Positions 17,466 to 27,200 of a stretch of DNA of 64,000 nt are shown one piece after another. Location of the stretch: IMG/VR virus record IMGVR_UViG_2933814219_000003, positions 1 to 64,000 of that record. One strand, written 5' to 3'. Both the position numbers and the translations under genes were made by a program. Every line of letters starts with the position of its first letter. The first letter of the stretch is position 1. The DNA comes from a virus. Lineage: Duplodnaviria; Caudoviricetes. The notes beneath the pieces are model-generated. The model was not told the origin of the DNA and made no database searches. It saw nothing but the letters and a program-made list of their open reading frames with translations.

Positions 17466-18082
17466 AGATCACCGGCATCACCGTCGTCATCCCCACCCAC
17501 CCGTTCAGGGTCCGCAACGGGATGCTAGCCCGCGCGGTCAAGTCCGTGGAGCAGCAGCACCTTACCCCCGACGACCTCATCATCGAGATCGACAAGGAAG
17601 GGCTCGGAGCAGCCACCACACGGCAACGCGGCCTGGAGAAGGTCAGCACTGAATGGGTCGCCTTCCTCGATAGCGACGACTGGATGTACCCCGAACACCT
17701 CAAGGTGCTCGCCGCCGGAGCCCGCGCCCACAAGGCCGACTACCTGTTCAGCTACTACATGGTCCACCGGCGCGACGGCACCCCCTGGCCCGAGAACGAC
17801 CCCCTCGGCCACTTCGGCAAGCCCTGGAACCCGGCAGCCCCCCACCAGACCACCATCACCACCCTCGTCCGCACCGACATCGCCCAAGCCGTCGGCTTCA
17901 TCGACCCACCCGAGGGCAGCACCGTTGGCGGCCACCGCGGCGGCGAAGACTGGCACTTCACCATCGGCTGCCGTGACGCCGGCGCCCACATCGTCCACAT
18001 CCCCCGCCGCACCTGGGCCTGGGTCCACCACGGGCTCAACAGCAGCGGGCTCCCCGACCGCGGCGACGCCGCCATCCGATAG
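17462..18082 (+). CDS. glycosyltransferase family 2
   Basis: ITVVIPT, VAFLDSDD, GEDW; GTG start at 17462. Confidence 0.88.
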   Translation: MKITGITVVIPTHPFRVRNGMLARAVKSVEQQHLTPDDLIIEIDKEGLGAATTRQRGLEKVSTEWVAFLDSDDWMYPEHLKVLAAGARAHKADYLFSYYMVHRRDGTPWPENDPLGHFGKPWNPAAPHQTTITTLVRTDIAQAVGFIDPPEGSTVGGHRGGEDWHFTIGCRDAGAHIVHIPRRTWAWVHHGLNSSGLPDRGDAAIR

Positions 18083-18091
18083 GAGTGCCCG

Positions 18092-18268
18092 ATGACACGA
18101 CAGATCAGCATGGAAGCCGCCCTCAACGCCTACCGGAAGAAGTGCGGGGAGCTCTTGGAGGCGAACATCCTCCTCGAAGCCCAAGCGGCGGAACTACAAG
18201 CCGAGAACGAGCAACTCAAGGGCGAAGCCGCCAGTCTTCAGGCCGAGGAGAGAACTACGTCGACATGA
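18092..18268 (+). CDS. small coiled-coil protein
   Basis: AGGAG RBS; MTRQISMEAALNAYRKK...LQAENEQLK (not in the ORF track). Confidence 0.6.
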   Translation: MTRQISMEAALNAYRKKCGELLEANILLEAQAAELQAENEQLKGEAASLQAEERTTST

Positions 18269-18785
18269 CCCGGACCGCGGTCGCAATCGCGGTCGCTCCC
18301 GACAAGGTAATCAGCCCCGTGTTCTGAACTGTCACGGTCAACACGGTTCCCGAGGTCCGGACGATCGACGTGATGGCCAGCGACGCGAGGATCGATGCGC
18401 TCGCAGTGAGCACCGCTGAGGCCATATACGCGGTATCCGGCATGGCCGGCGACAGCGGGACCGCGACGGCCACGGTTGCACTGGCCAGGAGCGACGGGAC
18501 AACAGCGGACCCCATGGACAGTAAGGCCGCCGTGGCGGTCATGACCGGTGCCCAGGACGAGGCATACTCGGCCGGCGAGCAGTAGGTGAGCAGCCGGGTG
18601 GCCCCGGAGTCCCGGACCACCCACCAGCCGTTCGGTACGGGGTAGCGGTCCTCGCCGGAACCGAGGGTGAGGAGGTTCCCGGTGTCGGAGATGAGCTGCA
18701 TGTCCGTGAGCCACGTATTGGCGATATAGGTGCCATTGGTGCCGTTGTACTGCACGGACTCGAACTTGCGCGTAACGATGGCCAC
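18255..18785 (-). CDS. minor tail / tail-tip protein
   Basis: Last gene of the tail operon, Thr/Ser/Ala-rich. Confidence 0.6.
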   Translation of the reverse strand: MAIVTRKFESVQYNGTNGTYIANTWLTDMQLISDTGNLLTLGSGEDRYPVPNGWWVVRDSGATRLLTYCSPAEYASSWAPVMTATAALLSMGSAVVPSLLASATVAVAVPLSPAMPDTAYMASAVLTASASILASLAITSIVRTSGTVLTVTVQNTGLITLSGATAIATAVRVMST

Positions 18786-18804
18786 AGGTGACGCCCCCTC
18801 CGGG

Positions 18805-19506
18805 TCAGAAGCCCTCTACGACGTAGCGAATCGGTGTAGCGGTGGTATTGGTGCGGGTGACCCAGACCGTGCAGCCGGTGGAGGACTCGCCCGTGATGCC
18901 GACTCCGGTGACCTGGGAACCAGGGACGTTGACGGCGGCGGTGACCTGGCCGTAGAAGGTGCTGCCAGTAAGACTTGCCGGGAAGGTGACAACCGCCGAC
19001 GTGGGGGTGTTGGCGCCGCTGGGGGTGATGGTCACGGTGCCGACGATGCGGTTCTTCGCGGTGAGCACTCCGTTGACGGAGACGTTGGCGCTGGCGGTGA
19101 CTGCTCCGCTGAGCGTGGTCGCGCCGTCGACGATCAGCGCGTCGTTGGTCCTGAGGACGTTCGCGGCGTTCCGGAACAGGTTGACGTCGGCTCCGATGGC
19201 GAGCTGAGCGGACGCCGCGAGCTTGAGGGTCGACCCGAACGTGCCCGCGGCGTTGGGGACCTCTACCCAGGAGCCGGATGCGGGGCCGGTGCCGTTGGAG
19301 TAGTAGGAGCGACTCGTATCCGTCTCGAAGATCGCTTCGCCGGAGAACGGCGCACTGGGCCGGGTTGTCGAGGTAACCGGCTGGAACCCGGCCGCCAGAT
19401 CGACCTTGTCGGCGTTCTGGTTGAGGTCTGTCTGAACGTTGACGAGCTCGGAGCCGTCGTTCAGGGGGCGCCGCAGTCCGAGGCGGGGTGTCGGGGTCTC
19501 AGGCAC
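18805..19506 (-). CDS. tail fibre / minor tail protein
   Basis: TPRLGL N-terminus, TRPS.PF.G..IFETDT motif. Confidence 0.7.
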   Translation of the reverse strand: MPETPTPRLGLRRPLNDGSELVNVQTDLNQNADKVDLAAGFQPVTSTTRPSAPFSGEAIFETDTSRSYYSNGTGPASGSWVEVPNAAGTFGSTLKLAASAQLAIGADVNLFRNAANVLRTNDALIVDGATTLSGAVTASANVSVNGVLTAKNRIVGTVTITPSGANTPTSAVVTFPASLTGSTFYGQVTAAVNVPGSQVTGVGITGESSTGCTVWVTRTNTTATPIRYVVEGF

Positions 19507-20086
19507 TGTGGGCCTCCTCTGTGGCCATGCCGACGGGTGGCAGGGCTCTCGTGGTCAGCTGGGCTGTCTCGCCGCGGGCCTGTCGTTTCATGACGGCAAC
19601 GCATTCGGCGAGCTCAGCTACGCGCCCTGGGTCGACGCCCCTGGTCCTGATCTCGCCCCGGGGGTCCTTCTTCCCTTTGCCTTCCGGGATGCGGATGCGG
19701 GTGTGTCGCTTCACGTCGGCGATCCGGAGCTGATGGGCTTCGCGCGCAACGCTTGTGGACGGGGCGTTGTGCAGCTGGACGGGTGCTACGGCGGCGCTCC
19801 CCTTGGAGGCCAGGGTGCTGGCGTTGAGGCCGGCGCGTGCCGCAGGGTCCAATGCTGCCGCTGCGGGAACCGCGAGGTCCGGGAGGAACGGTTCGTGCAG
19901 GATGATGTCGAGGAGGGTGTCGGTGTCGGCCGGGTCGATGCCGTACTCGGCGGCCCTCCAGGCCAGGGTTTCCTGGGGGAAGACGTGGACGTGCCCCCTT
20001 CCCTCCGCGTCAGTCATTCGCACCTGCCAGGTCAGGGTTTCCCCGATGACACCTTCGGTGATTTCCGTGATGGTTCGCTCATCCAT
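19499..20086 (-). CDS. hypothetical tail-region protein
   Basis: 195 aa, coupled within the tail operon. Confidence 0.65.
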   Translation of the reverse strand: MDERTITEITEGVIGETLTWQVRMTDAEGRGHVHVFPQETLAWRAAEYGIDPADTDTLLDIILHEPFLPDLAVPAAAALDPAARAGLNASTLASKGSAAVAPVQLHNAPSTSVAREAHQLRIADVKRHTRIRIPEGKGKKDPRGEIRTRGVDPGRVAELAECVAVMKRQARGETAQLTTRALPPVGMATEEAHSA

Positions 20087-20095
20087 GAAGGTTCC

Positions 20096-23026
20096 CTATG
20101 CTCGGTAGCACCAGAAATTGACCCGCATCCCCTGCGAGTTGTTCCATGCGACAGTGAATCCCGTGGCACCTGACGAGGAGATCCCCCACACCGTTGGGGT
20201 GCTGGTGCCGAAGTTCCCGGCAACGCAGGTGGCTACAGGGATCATTTGTGATGACATCGTCGGGCCGTAGGAAAGGGTGATGGATGTTGAGGTACCCACG
20301 ACGACCGAGCCGGTGAATATGGCGTCGTCTGCGGCTGCGGCCGAGTAGTTTCGCCATTTCCCTGTCAGGTTGAAGTAGCCGCCGAACAGGGCGAGACGTG
20401 TCTCCGTGGACGCCCCGATGTCGTGCGCGAGGAATCCCTGGTTGCCGTCGAGGTAGATGTTCCCGCCGTTGCCGCCGGGTCCTCCGTACAGTCGTGCGGT
20501 GTTCTGGTCCCCGAAGAACCGCCCGCCGGTGACACCGTTCTTCTTGAAGCCGACGTCCACGTTGTTGGGGTAGGCGAGCGCGAAACCACCGAAAGAGTCC
20601 TGTGAAGAAGCGTCGACGACTTCGAGGCGTGCAGCATTCGTTGTCAGGTAGACCCTGCTGGTGACCTGGGTGCCGCCGCCCCCGTCATACTGGGAGCCGT
20701 TCATGCCGAGGTTCACATCGCTGCCCGAGCTGACCGCATTGATGAATCCGTACTCTGTTCCGGAGTTCGGGTAGAAGCGGATTTCCGGCAGGTACGACGA
20801 TGTCGGATTGATCTCCAGCCGGCGGCCTGTGGTTCCGGATTTGATCTGGCCGACGATGGAAACGTCACCAGTGGTCGCATCGGCGAAGAATGTGCGGGTA
20901 CCCGCCGCGTTGTACAGCTCGTACCCGTCGATACTCATGCGGGCACGGGCACCGGTGTCCGCGGTCTTGATCTCGCCGCCCATCACCCACGAAGCGGTGA
21001 TGGTCCCGGCCGTGACCTTGGAGACGGTCAGGTCGGAAATGTGCGCATCGTCGATGAGGAGCGCGGTCGCCGTGGCCGCATCCGACGGCCCCGACTTGTT
21101 GCCCGCAACGTCCACAGCGACGACCCGCACGTACCGGGCGGAGGTTTCCTCGACCTGCACCGTGGTGACCACAGGGATCTGAGCCTGGATCATTCCCGCG
21201 GTTGCCGAGACTTTCGCCTCCAGGGTGCTCGGAGACGGAGTGAAGTACGGCTCGTAGTCGACGTGGACTTCGAGGTGGTGGAGGTCGGCCTCCAGGTTGA
21301 AGGTGCCGCCTGACGACTTGCCGAGCTCATGGGTTACCTGCAAGGCGATCCTGGACCCGGCCACCGCCGGGGCGGCCGGCGTGGACGGTGGAATGTTGTC
21401 CGACGTCGTCACGAACGTCGTCGTCCCCGACCACGCACCTCGGTTGCCGGTCTTGTCGACGGCCCGGATCTGGATGTCGTATCCGATCCCGGTCGACAGG
21501 TCTTGGAGCTGGTGGGTGCTGGTGCCCCATGGGGCGTAGGCGATCTGCCAGTCGCCGTCAGGGGCGGCGAACGGCTGCGCCCACGACTGGAGGTCCATCC
21601 ACCGCACCTGGGAGAGCTGCGCCCACGTGGCGGGGTACAGCATGTCGGTGTCGACGGCGTACCGGATCTCGTAGTGGTCGCCGTCGAGGATCGTGGACCC
21701 GTCGACGTTGTTCGGGGCGTTCCAGGCGAGGATGACGCGGGCCCGGGTGAAGCCGCGGGAGTCAAGGTAGGTGGCGCCGGAGAACGGTTCGACGAGGGTG
21801 GGGATGCCGGGGATCGTCGTGTCAGCGTTCGGGCGTGACCCGACCGGTTCGGCGCCGGAGTTCATCAGCTGCCGGGAGAAGTCTCCGACGGTGACGTAGG
21901 TTCCGGCCTCGGAGGTTTCGATGTGGTCGGTGAGGTCGTACCAGGTTCCGTCGGCGGCCCGGTAGGCGACGGTGTATTCGGCGGTGACACCCCAGCTGAT
22001 CTCGGTGATCTGCAATTTGATGGGGTTGAGGCGCTGCCCCCGGAAGATGATCTCGTTGGTGGTGTCAACGAGGCCCTTGTCCGGGTCGTAGGCGTGGACG
22101 TAGTCGCCGAGGGAGAACTCTCCGTGGATGTCGTAGTCCTGGATCGCCAGACGGAGATCCTGCTTGGGTGCGATGAACTGGCTGAGGGCCAGCTGGGCGC
22201 GAGTGGCCGCGTTCGCGGTGACGGTGTCGGACTCGGAAACCAGCCGGGTGAGCTTGAGGCTGTTGCCGTGGATGTCCTTGTACGGGTTGGACCCGGGGTT
22301 GATGTCTGCTGAGCCCGTGGCCGTGGAGTCGCCTTCCCCTTCGGCGAGGAGCACCACGCGAGTCGTGTAGTCCTCGACGTCGCCGACGAGATCCATGCTG
22401 CCCGGGACGGCGGTGAGCGCCATGTCCTCCCCCGCCCCACGGGCGATGACAACGCACCGCGGATCCGTGACGAACAGATTCGACTCGGGGCCGGCGTCGA
22501 GAGTGCCGTCGTTGTTGACCCGCCAGGAGACGGGGACGAGGGGGGTGGACATGGTCTGGCAGACGTACTGGATGGCCTGCCGTGGTGACTGCCACTGGTG
22601 GGTGCCTGAGTAGGTTTTCCCGGCGACCGGGTACAGGGTGCCTTCGGTGATGGCGCCGGAGGTGGGGAGGAGGCCGCGGATAACATCGGGGAAGAGGCTG
22701 CCGGAGGCGAAGGTGGTGGCGTTCTCCAGGACGTCGCCCTTGTTGTCCTCGTCGCCGAGCCACATGGCCATGCCGACACCGCCGATTTTGACGTTGTCGT
22801 TGGGGGTTTTGGTGCGGGCGTCGTCACCGAAGCTGTTGCTGCGCAGCACTCCGACATAGCGGGCGGCGTCGAGGAGGTTGTCGCCGTACCGGGCGGGGTC
22901 GAGTCGCCCCTGGATGATGGCGACGTGTCCGAAGTAGGCGAGGGCGTCGAGGACATCGCGGGGGATGGTGGGCTTGAGGTCGATGTCCCAGCGGCCGAGA
23001 GCGTTCAGAGTTTCCTGGATCGTCAC
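20096..23026 (-). CDS. large minor tail protein (central tail hub/fibre) with FN3-like repeats
   Basis: YDIQIRAVDKTGN, YVRVVAVDVAGN; position after the distal tail gene. Confidence 0.85.
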   Translation of the reverse strand: MTIQETLNALGRWDIDLKPTIPRDVLDALAYFGHVAIIQGRLDPARYGDNLLDAARYVGVLRSNSFGDDARTKTPNDNVKIGGVGMAMWLGDEDNKGDVLENATTFASGSLFPDVIRGLLPTSGAITEGTLYPVAGKTYSGTHQWQSPRQAIQYVCQTMSTPLVPVSWRVNNDGTLDAGPESNLFVTDPRCVVIARGAGEDMALTAVPGSMDLVGDVEDYTTRVVLLAEGEGDSTATGSADINPGSNPYKDIHGNSLKLTRLVSESDTVTANAATRAQLALSQFIAPKQDLRLAIQDYDIHGEFSLGDYVHAYDPDKGLVDTTNEIIFRGQRLNPIKLQITEISWGVTAEYTVAYRAADGTWYDLTDHIETSEAGTYVTVGDFSRQLMNSGAEPVGSRPNADTTIPGIPTLVEPFSGATYLDSRGFTRARVILAWNAPNNVDGSTILDGDHYEIRYAVDTDMLYPATWAQLSQVRWMDLQSWAQPFAAPDGDWQIAYAPWGTSTHQLQDLSTGIGYDIQIRAVDKTGNRGAWSGTTTFVTTSDNIPPSTPAAPAVAGSRIALQVTHELGKSSGGTFNLEADLHHLEVHVDYEPYFTPSPSTLEAKVSATAGMIQAQIPVVTTVQVEETSARYVRVVAVDVAGNKSGPSDAATATALLIDDAHISDLTVSKVTAGTITASWVMGGEIKTADTGARARMSIDGYELYNAAGTRTFFADATTGDVSIVGQIKSGTTGRRLEINPTSSYLPEIRFYPNSGTEYGFINAVSSGSDVNLGMNGSQYDGGGGTQVTSRVYLTTNAARLEVVDASSQDSFGGFALAYPNNVDVGFKKNGVTGGRFFGDQNTARLYGGPGGNGGNIYLDGNQGFLAHDIGASTETRLALFGGYFNLTGKWRNYSAAAADDAIFTGSVVVGTSTSITLSYGPTMSSQMIPVATCVAGNFGTSTPTVWGISSSGATGFTVAWNNSQGMRVNFWCYRA

Positions 23027-23030
23027 TGGG

Positions 23031-24230
23031 TTATCGCCTCACCGCGTAGGTTGCCTCGGCCAGGGCCCCGATGTACTGGTTCCGCAGGTCAAGGACTGCG
23101 TCACCGGCTGCGGGTGAGGCGCCGCCTGCTTGCACGCCGACCCAGAAGTCGAGGCCTGTGGCAGCGGCCTTGGACACTCCCCCGCTGGCATGCGCAGTGA
23201 ACGTCCGGGCTGATCCGGCGACCGCCCGGTTCCCGTCCGCGTCGTTTCCGGTGGCGATGACGTAGCCGGACGCCGCGGCAGAAGTGTTCGTCTCCAGGGT
23301 GCGGAGATACACGGCGAGCGTGGCGCTGGACCCGGACTGGAGGTAGCCCTCGACGGTGCGGGCGCCGCGGCGCAGCGCCAGGTCGAGGGTGGTCCGCCCC
23401 GGGGAGCGGGAGGCGGTGAGGCGCAGCACGACGTGCTCCAGGTCGTTACGGAGCAGGGTCGCCGCGTCCCAGGTGGCCACCGCGGAGCCTGCGACGGTGA
23501 CGTTCCACAGTTTGCTGCGCCAGCCGCCCCCGGTGTACGCCTGCACATCCAGGACTCCGGCGCTCGCGGTGGGGGTGACGTTCACGAGGCCGTTGGACAG
23601 TGCCCACGCGGTGGCGGGCACGGGGCGCTGCGTCCCGTCGACCTCCAGGCCGGCCGCCGTGTCGGTGACCCGCACCCGGCCCTTCAGGTAGTCGGCAGGG
23701 GCGCACCCCCACCGAGGGGAGACGGCCGGGGGCATCGACCGGTACACGGTGATGGGGCCGTCGGATGTTGCGCGGGTCATGCTGGTGGGCGAGGAGCTGC
23801 CCGTGTAGTAGGCGTAGTGCCCGATGGGCGGGGCGTGCCACCGCTCCCCCGCGAGCCCGAAGTCGTTGAGGCGTACCGCTCCGGTGAGGCGGCTTTGGAG
23901 ATCGACTTCTCCGGCGGTGCCGAGGCGGTCGAGGCCGGCTTTCCAGTTGGCGATGACCCGGTCGCCACGCTCCTCTGTGATCGCTGACCCGCAGGTTTTC
24001 ACCTGGTAGTAGCCGTTGCGTTCGGGCTTGTCGGTGAAGGTGACGGCGATGGGGCTGTCGCTGTCGAGGGCGTTGATGTTGTCGTGGGTGGCGACCAGGA
24101 CGGCTCGGGTGAGGGGTGGGGTGGACTCCTGGCCGTCCAGGTCGAGGGCCCGGTCGATGCCAGTTTCCGCTGCGGTGAACGTCTCCCTGAGGAGGGTGCG
24201 GTTGAGCTGGATACTGCCCCAGTCGGTCAT
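23031..24230 (-). CDS. minor tail protein (distal tail-like)
   Basis: Directly after the tape measure gene. Confidence 0.75.
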   Translation of the reverse strand: MTDWGSIQLNRTLLRETFTAAETGIDRALDLDGQESTPPLTRAVLVATHDNINALDSDSPIAVTFTDKPERNGYYQVKTCGSAITEERGDRVIANWKAGLDRLGTAGEVDLQSRLTGAVRLNDFGLAGERWHAPPIGHYAYYTGSSSPTSMTRATSDGPITVYRSMPPAVSPRWGCAPADYLKGRVRVTDTAAGLEVDGTQRPVPATAWALSNGLVNVTPTASAGVLDVQAYTGGGWRSKLWNVTVAGSAVATWDAATLLRNDLEHVVLRLTASRSPGRTTLDLALRRGARTVEGYLQSGSSATLAVYLRTLETNTSAAASGYVIATGNDADGNRAVAGSARTFTAHASGGVSKAAATGLDFWVGVQAGGASPAAGDAVLDLRNQYIGALAEATYAVRR

Positions 24231-27200
24231 CGCTGACGGCTCCTGTTCCAGTTACGCAGTGCCTCGTTCATCTCCGACACCATGGCTTCTGCTGCGGCCT
24301 TGCGGCTGGTCGGACTGGACAGGTCGAAGGTGCCGTCGATGTGGATGCTGCCGATGGTGATTCCGGCGCCGTTGCGGACGATGTCCTCGAACGCGGCCCG
24401 CTCGGCGGGGGTGAGGACGGCTTCGGGCTTGCCGGTCTGGTTGTCGACGAGGGTGCGGCCGGGCTGGAGGAGGCCGCCGGTGTCGTACTTTGTGGCGGGC
24501 GCGTACCCGTACCGGTCGGTCCACATAGAGCTGTTCACACCGCGGGCGCCGGAGCCGATGACGACTCCGTCACCGCCGCGGGACTCCACGTTGACGCCTG
24601 CGATCGTGCCTGCGGTGTGGCCGACGCCGGCGTTCGTGATGCCGATCTGGTAGGGCGAGTTCAGGTTGCGGACCCAGCCGCTGGGGGCGGTGTTGCCGCT
24701 GAACGCACCGGTGGCCCACCTGCGGTGCGGGGACTCGCCGCGGATGACGGACTCGATCGCGGAGACCAGGCCGGAGCAGTCCCACGACGGGTTTCCGTTG
24801 CCGCCCCATTGATACTTTTTGCCGTGCTGGGTGCGGGCCCAGGCCAGGCCGCGCTGCACGGCGGGCCCGCCGACGGCTTTCTTGTCCTCGTTGCCGAGGA
24901 AGCCGAGCATCTTGTCGAGGAGGTTGTTCGGCACTCCCTTGGTGAGCCGCCCGTAGGAGGAGGAGCCGCCCGGGATCTGGTTGATGAGCGGCCGGACGAA
25001 GGTGCTGATGGCCTTCTGTGCGGCGGCTTTGAGGCCTCCGATGACGAGGTCTTTCGCCCAGTCGATGCCGCCGCTGATGGCCCCGCCGATGCTGGAGATG
25101 GTGCCGACGATGCCGCCCTTGTCGAAGTGCTGCATGCCCTGTGCGACACGGTTGTCGGGGTTGCCGCCGGTGCGCCCTTCGGAGCGGTCCTTGCCGAGCA
25201 TGGCGTCGATGGCCCGGTGCCCGCCGAGCTGGGCGACTTGGGCGAGGGACAGGACGCGTTCGTTGGGGGTGAGCATGGCGGGGACGGTGTCACCGGTTCC
25301 CTGACCGGGGACGATGCCGCCCTTGGCGAACTTCAGGCCGATCGAGGGAAGCACAATCTTGCTGTTGATCTTCCCGGCGATGGTGTTCCACATTTTTCGG
25401 ACGCCGTCGTTGTAGACGTTCCCCACCACCCACTTGATGGGTGATCCGAGCTTCGACTTGATGCCGTCCCAGATCTTCCCGATACCGTCGCGGAGCAGGG
25501 TGAAGCTGGTCGTCATGCTGCTCTTGAAGTCGCTGATCTTCCCCCGGATCGAGCTGAAGATCGTGGTGACCTTGTCGCGGGCGTTGTTCCACATGGTGTT
25601 CCACGTGGTCGAGACGCTCGTCTTGAGGTTGGTGAAGGAGGTCTTCAGGGTCGTCCATGCGGTGCTGACGGACGTCTTGAAGCCGCTGTAGAAGGTGTTC
25701 CACTTCTCCCTGAGCTTCGCCCACAGGTCGTTCCAGATCTTGACGACCCCGTCCTTCAGGTCAGTGAAGATCTTCTTCGTGCTGGTCCACAAGCTCGTGA
25801 ACCACGTGACGATCGCGCGCACCAGATCCGGAATGATCGAGTGGCCGACCAGCACGTCAAAGAGCCACTCGAACTTCTCGACGATCCACTCCACGCCGGC
25901 GGTCATCGCGTCCACGAACAGCTGAATCCACTGGATGACCGTGGTCAGCACCGGGATCAGCGTGCCGAGCGCTTCGGTGAACTTCGTGGCCAGCAGCGTG
26001 GCAAGCCACGTGATCAGCGGAATCAGGGGGGTCAAGATTTCCATGGCCAGCGTCAGCAACGACACGGTCAGCTGGCCCAGCGGCGCCAGCAGCGGGAACA
26101 GGGCCAGGGTCATCTGAGCGAAGGTCGGCGCCAGAGTAGCCAGCAGGCCACCGATCATCGTGACCAGTGGAATCAGTGCCTGAACGACCGGGAGCAGCGC
26201 CTTCGCCAGAGAGTCAGCGAGGGACACGAACGTCGTCAGTACGACCTGGATGACCGGGGCGACTGCGGCGACGATCGCTGCGATCAGCGCACCGACCGGA
26301 GCGAGGAGCGGCATGACCGCCTTCACCACGCCAATCAGGGCGGTGCCGACGGACTCGACGATGGGCATCAGGGCCGTCATGATCGGCAGAAGTGCCTGGC
26401 CCAGGGCTGCGGCCAGCTGGGCCAGCACCGGACCCAGCGCTGTCGCGAGGAGACTGATGGTCGGAGCCAGGGCAGCCAGAAGGGGGAGCACCGCCTGGAT
26501 GACAGCTCCGAGAGTTGTAGCGATCAGCGAAGCAACGTCGTTCAGCGCGGTGAAGATCGTCGTCAGCATTGCCTGGACTTCCGGCATGGCTGTGATACGC
26601 CGCAGCTCCTCGAACACCGCCCCCAGGCCGCCCAGGACGTCTCCGGCCCCTGCCCCGGCTGCTTTGAGGATGTTCCCGACAGTGCCGAAAATGTCACCGA
26701 GCAGTGCACCGAACTGCTGGACAACCCCGACAGCTGTCTCGATCGACTCCTCCATCCGGCCCGAAGCGAAAGCCCCCGACATCCGCTCGGAGATACTCGT
26801 CGCAGCCTCACCCGCCGCGGTCGTCAGCCTGGTGAAGGCCGGTGACGCGGCGATGGACAGCTGAACGAAGGCCTGGGCTATCTGCCCCGGAACCTGCACC
26901 AACGGCTGCACGCCGGCGGTCAGGCCGCTGAACATCTGCGACAGCGTCCCCGCCTTGCCGAGGGCGGTGAAGGTGTTCATGAGCCCTGTCGCCATGTTGT
27001 TCAGGACCGAGGCCATGCCGACAAGACCGGTCTGCACCGCAGGCAGGACGGCGCTCGACATGCGGGTCAGGGTGTCGCCCAGTCCTCGGAAAAGTGCGTC
27101 CTGTACGTCCGCGCGGACGGCTGACCATGCGGGGGCTATGCCCCGGACGGCGTTGACGAACTCGCGGGCGTTCGGGGACAGCTTCGACATGGCGTCGTTG

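Noticed and set aside
13034-18082. Host secondary-metabolite or capsule cluster
   Set aside because: No scaffold synthase or export genes; interleaved with phage-type small ORFs inside the late region
18255-23026. Diversity-generating retroelement or invertible tail cassette
   Set aside because: No reverse transcriptase, template/variable repeat pair or inverted crossover sites seen
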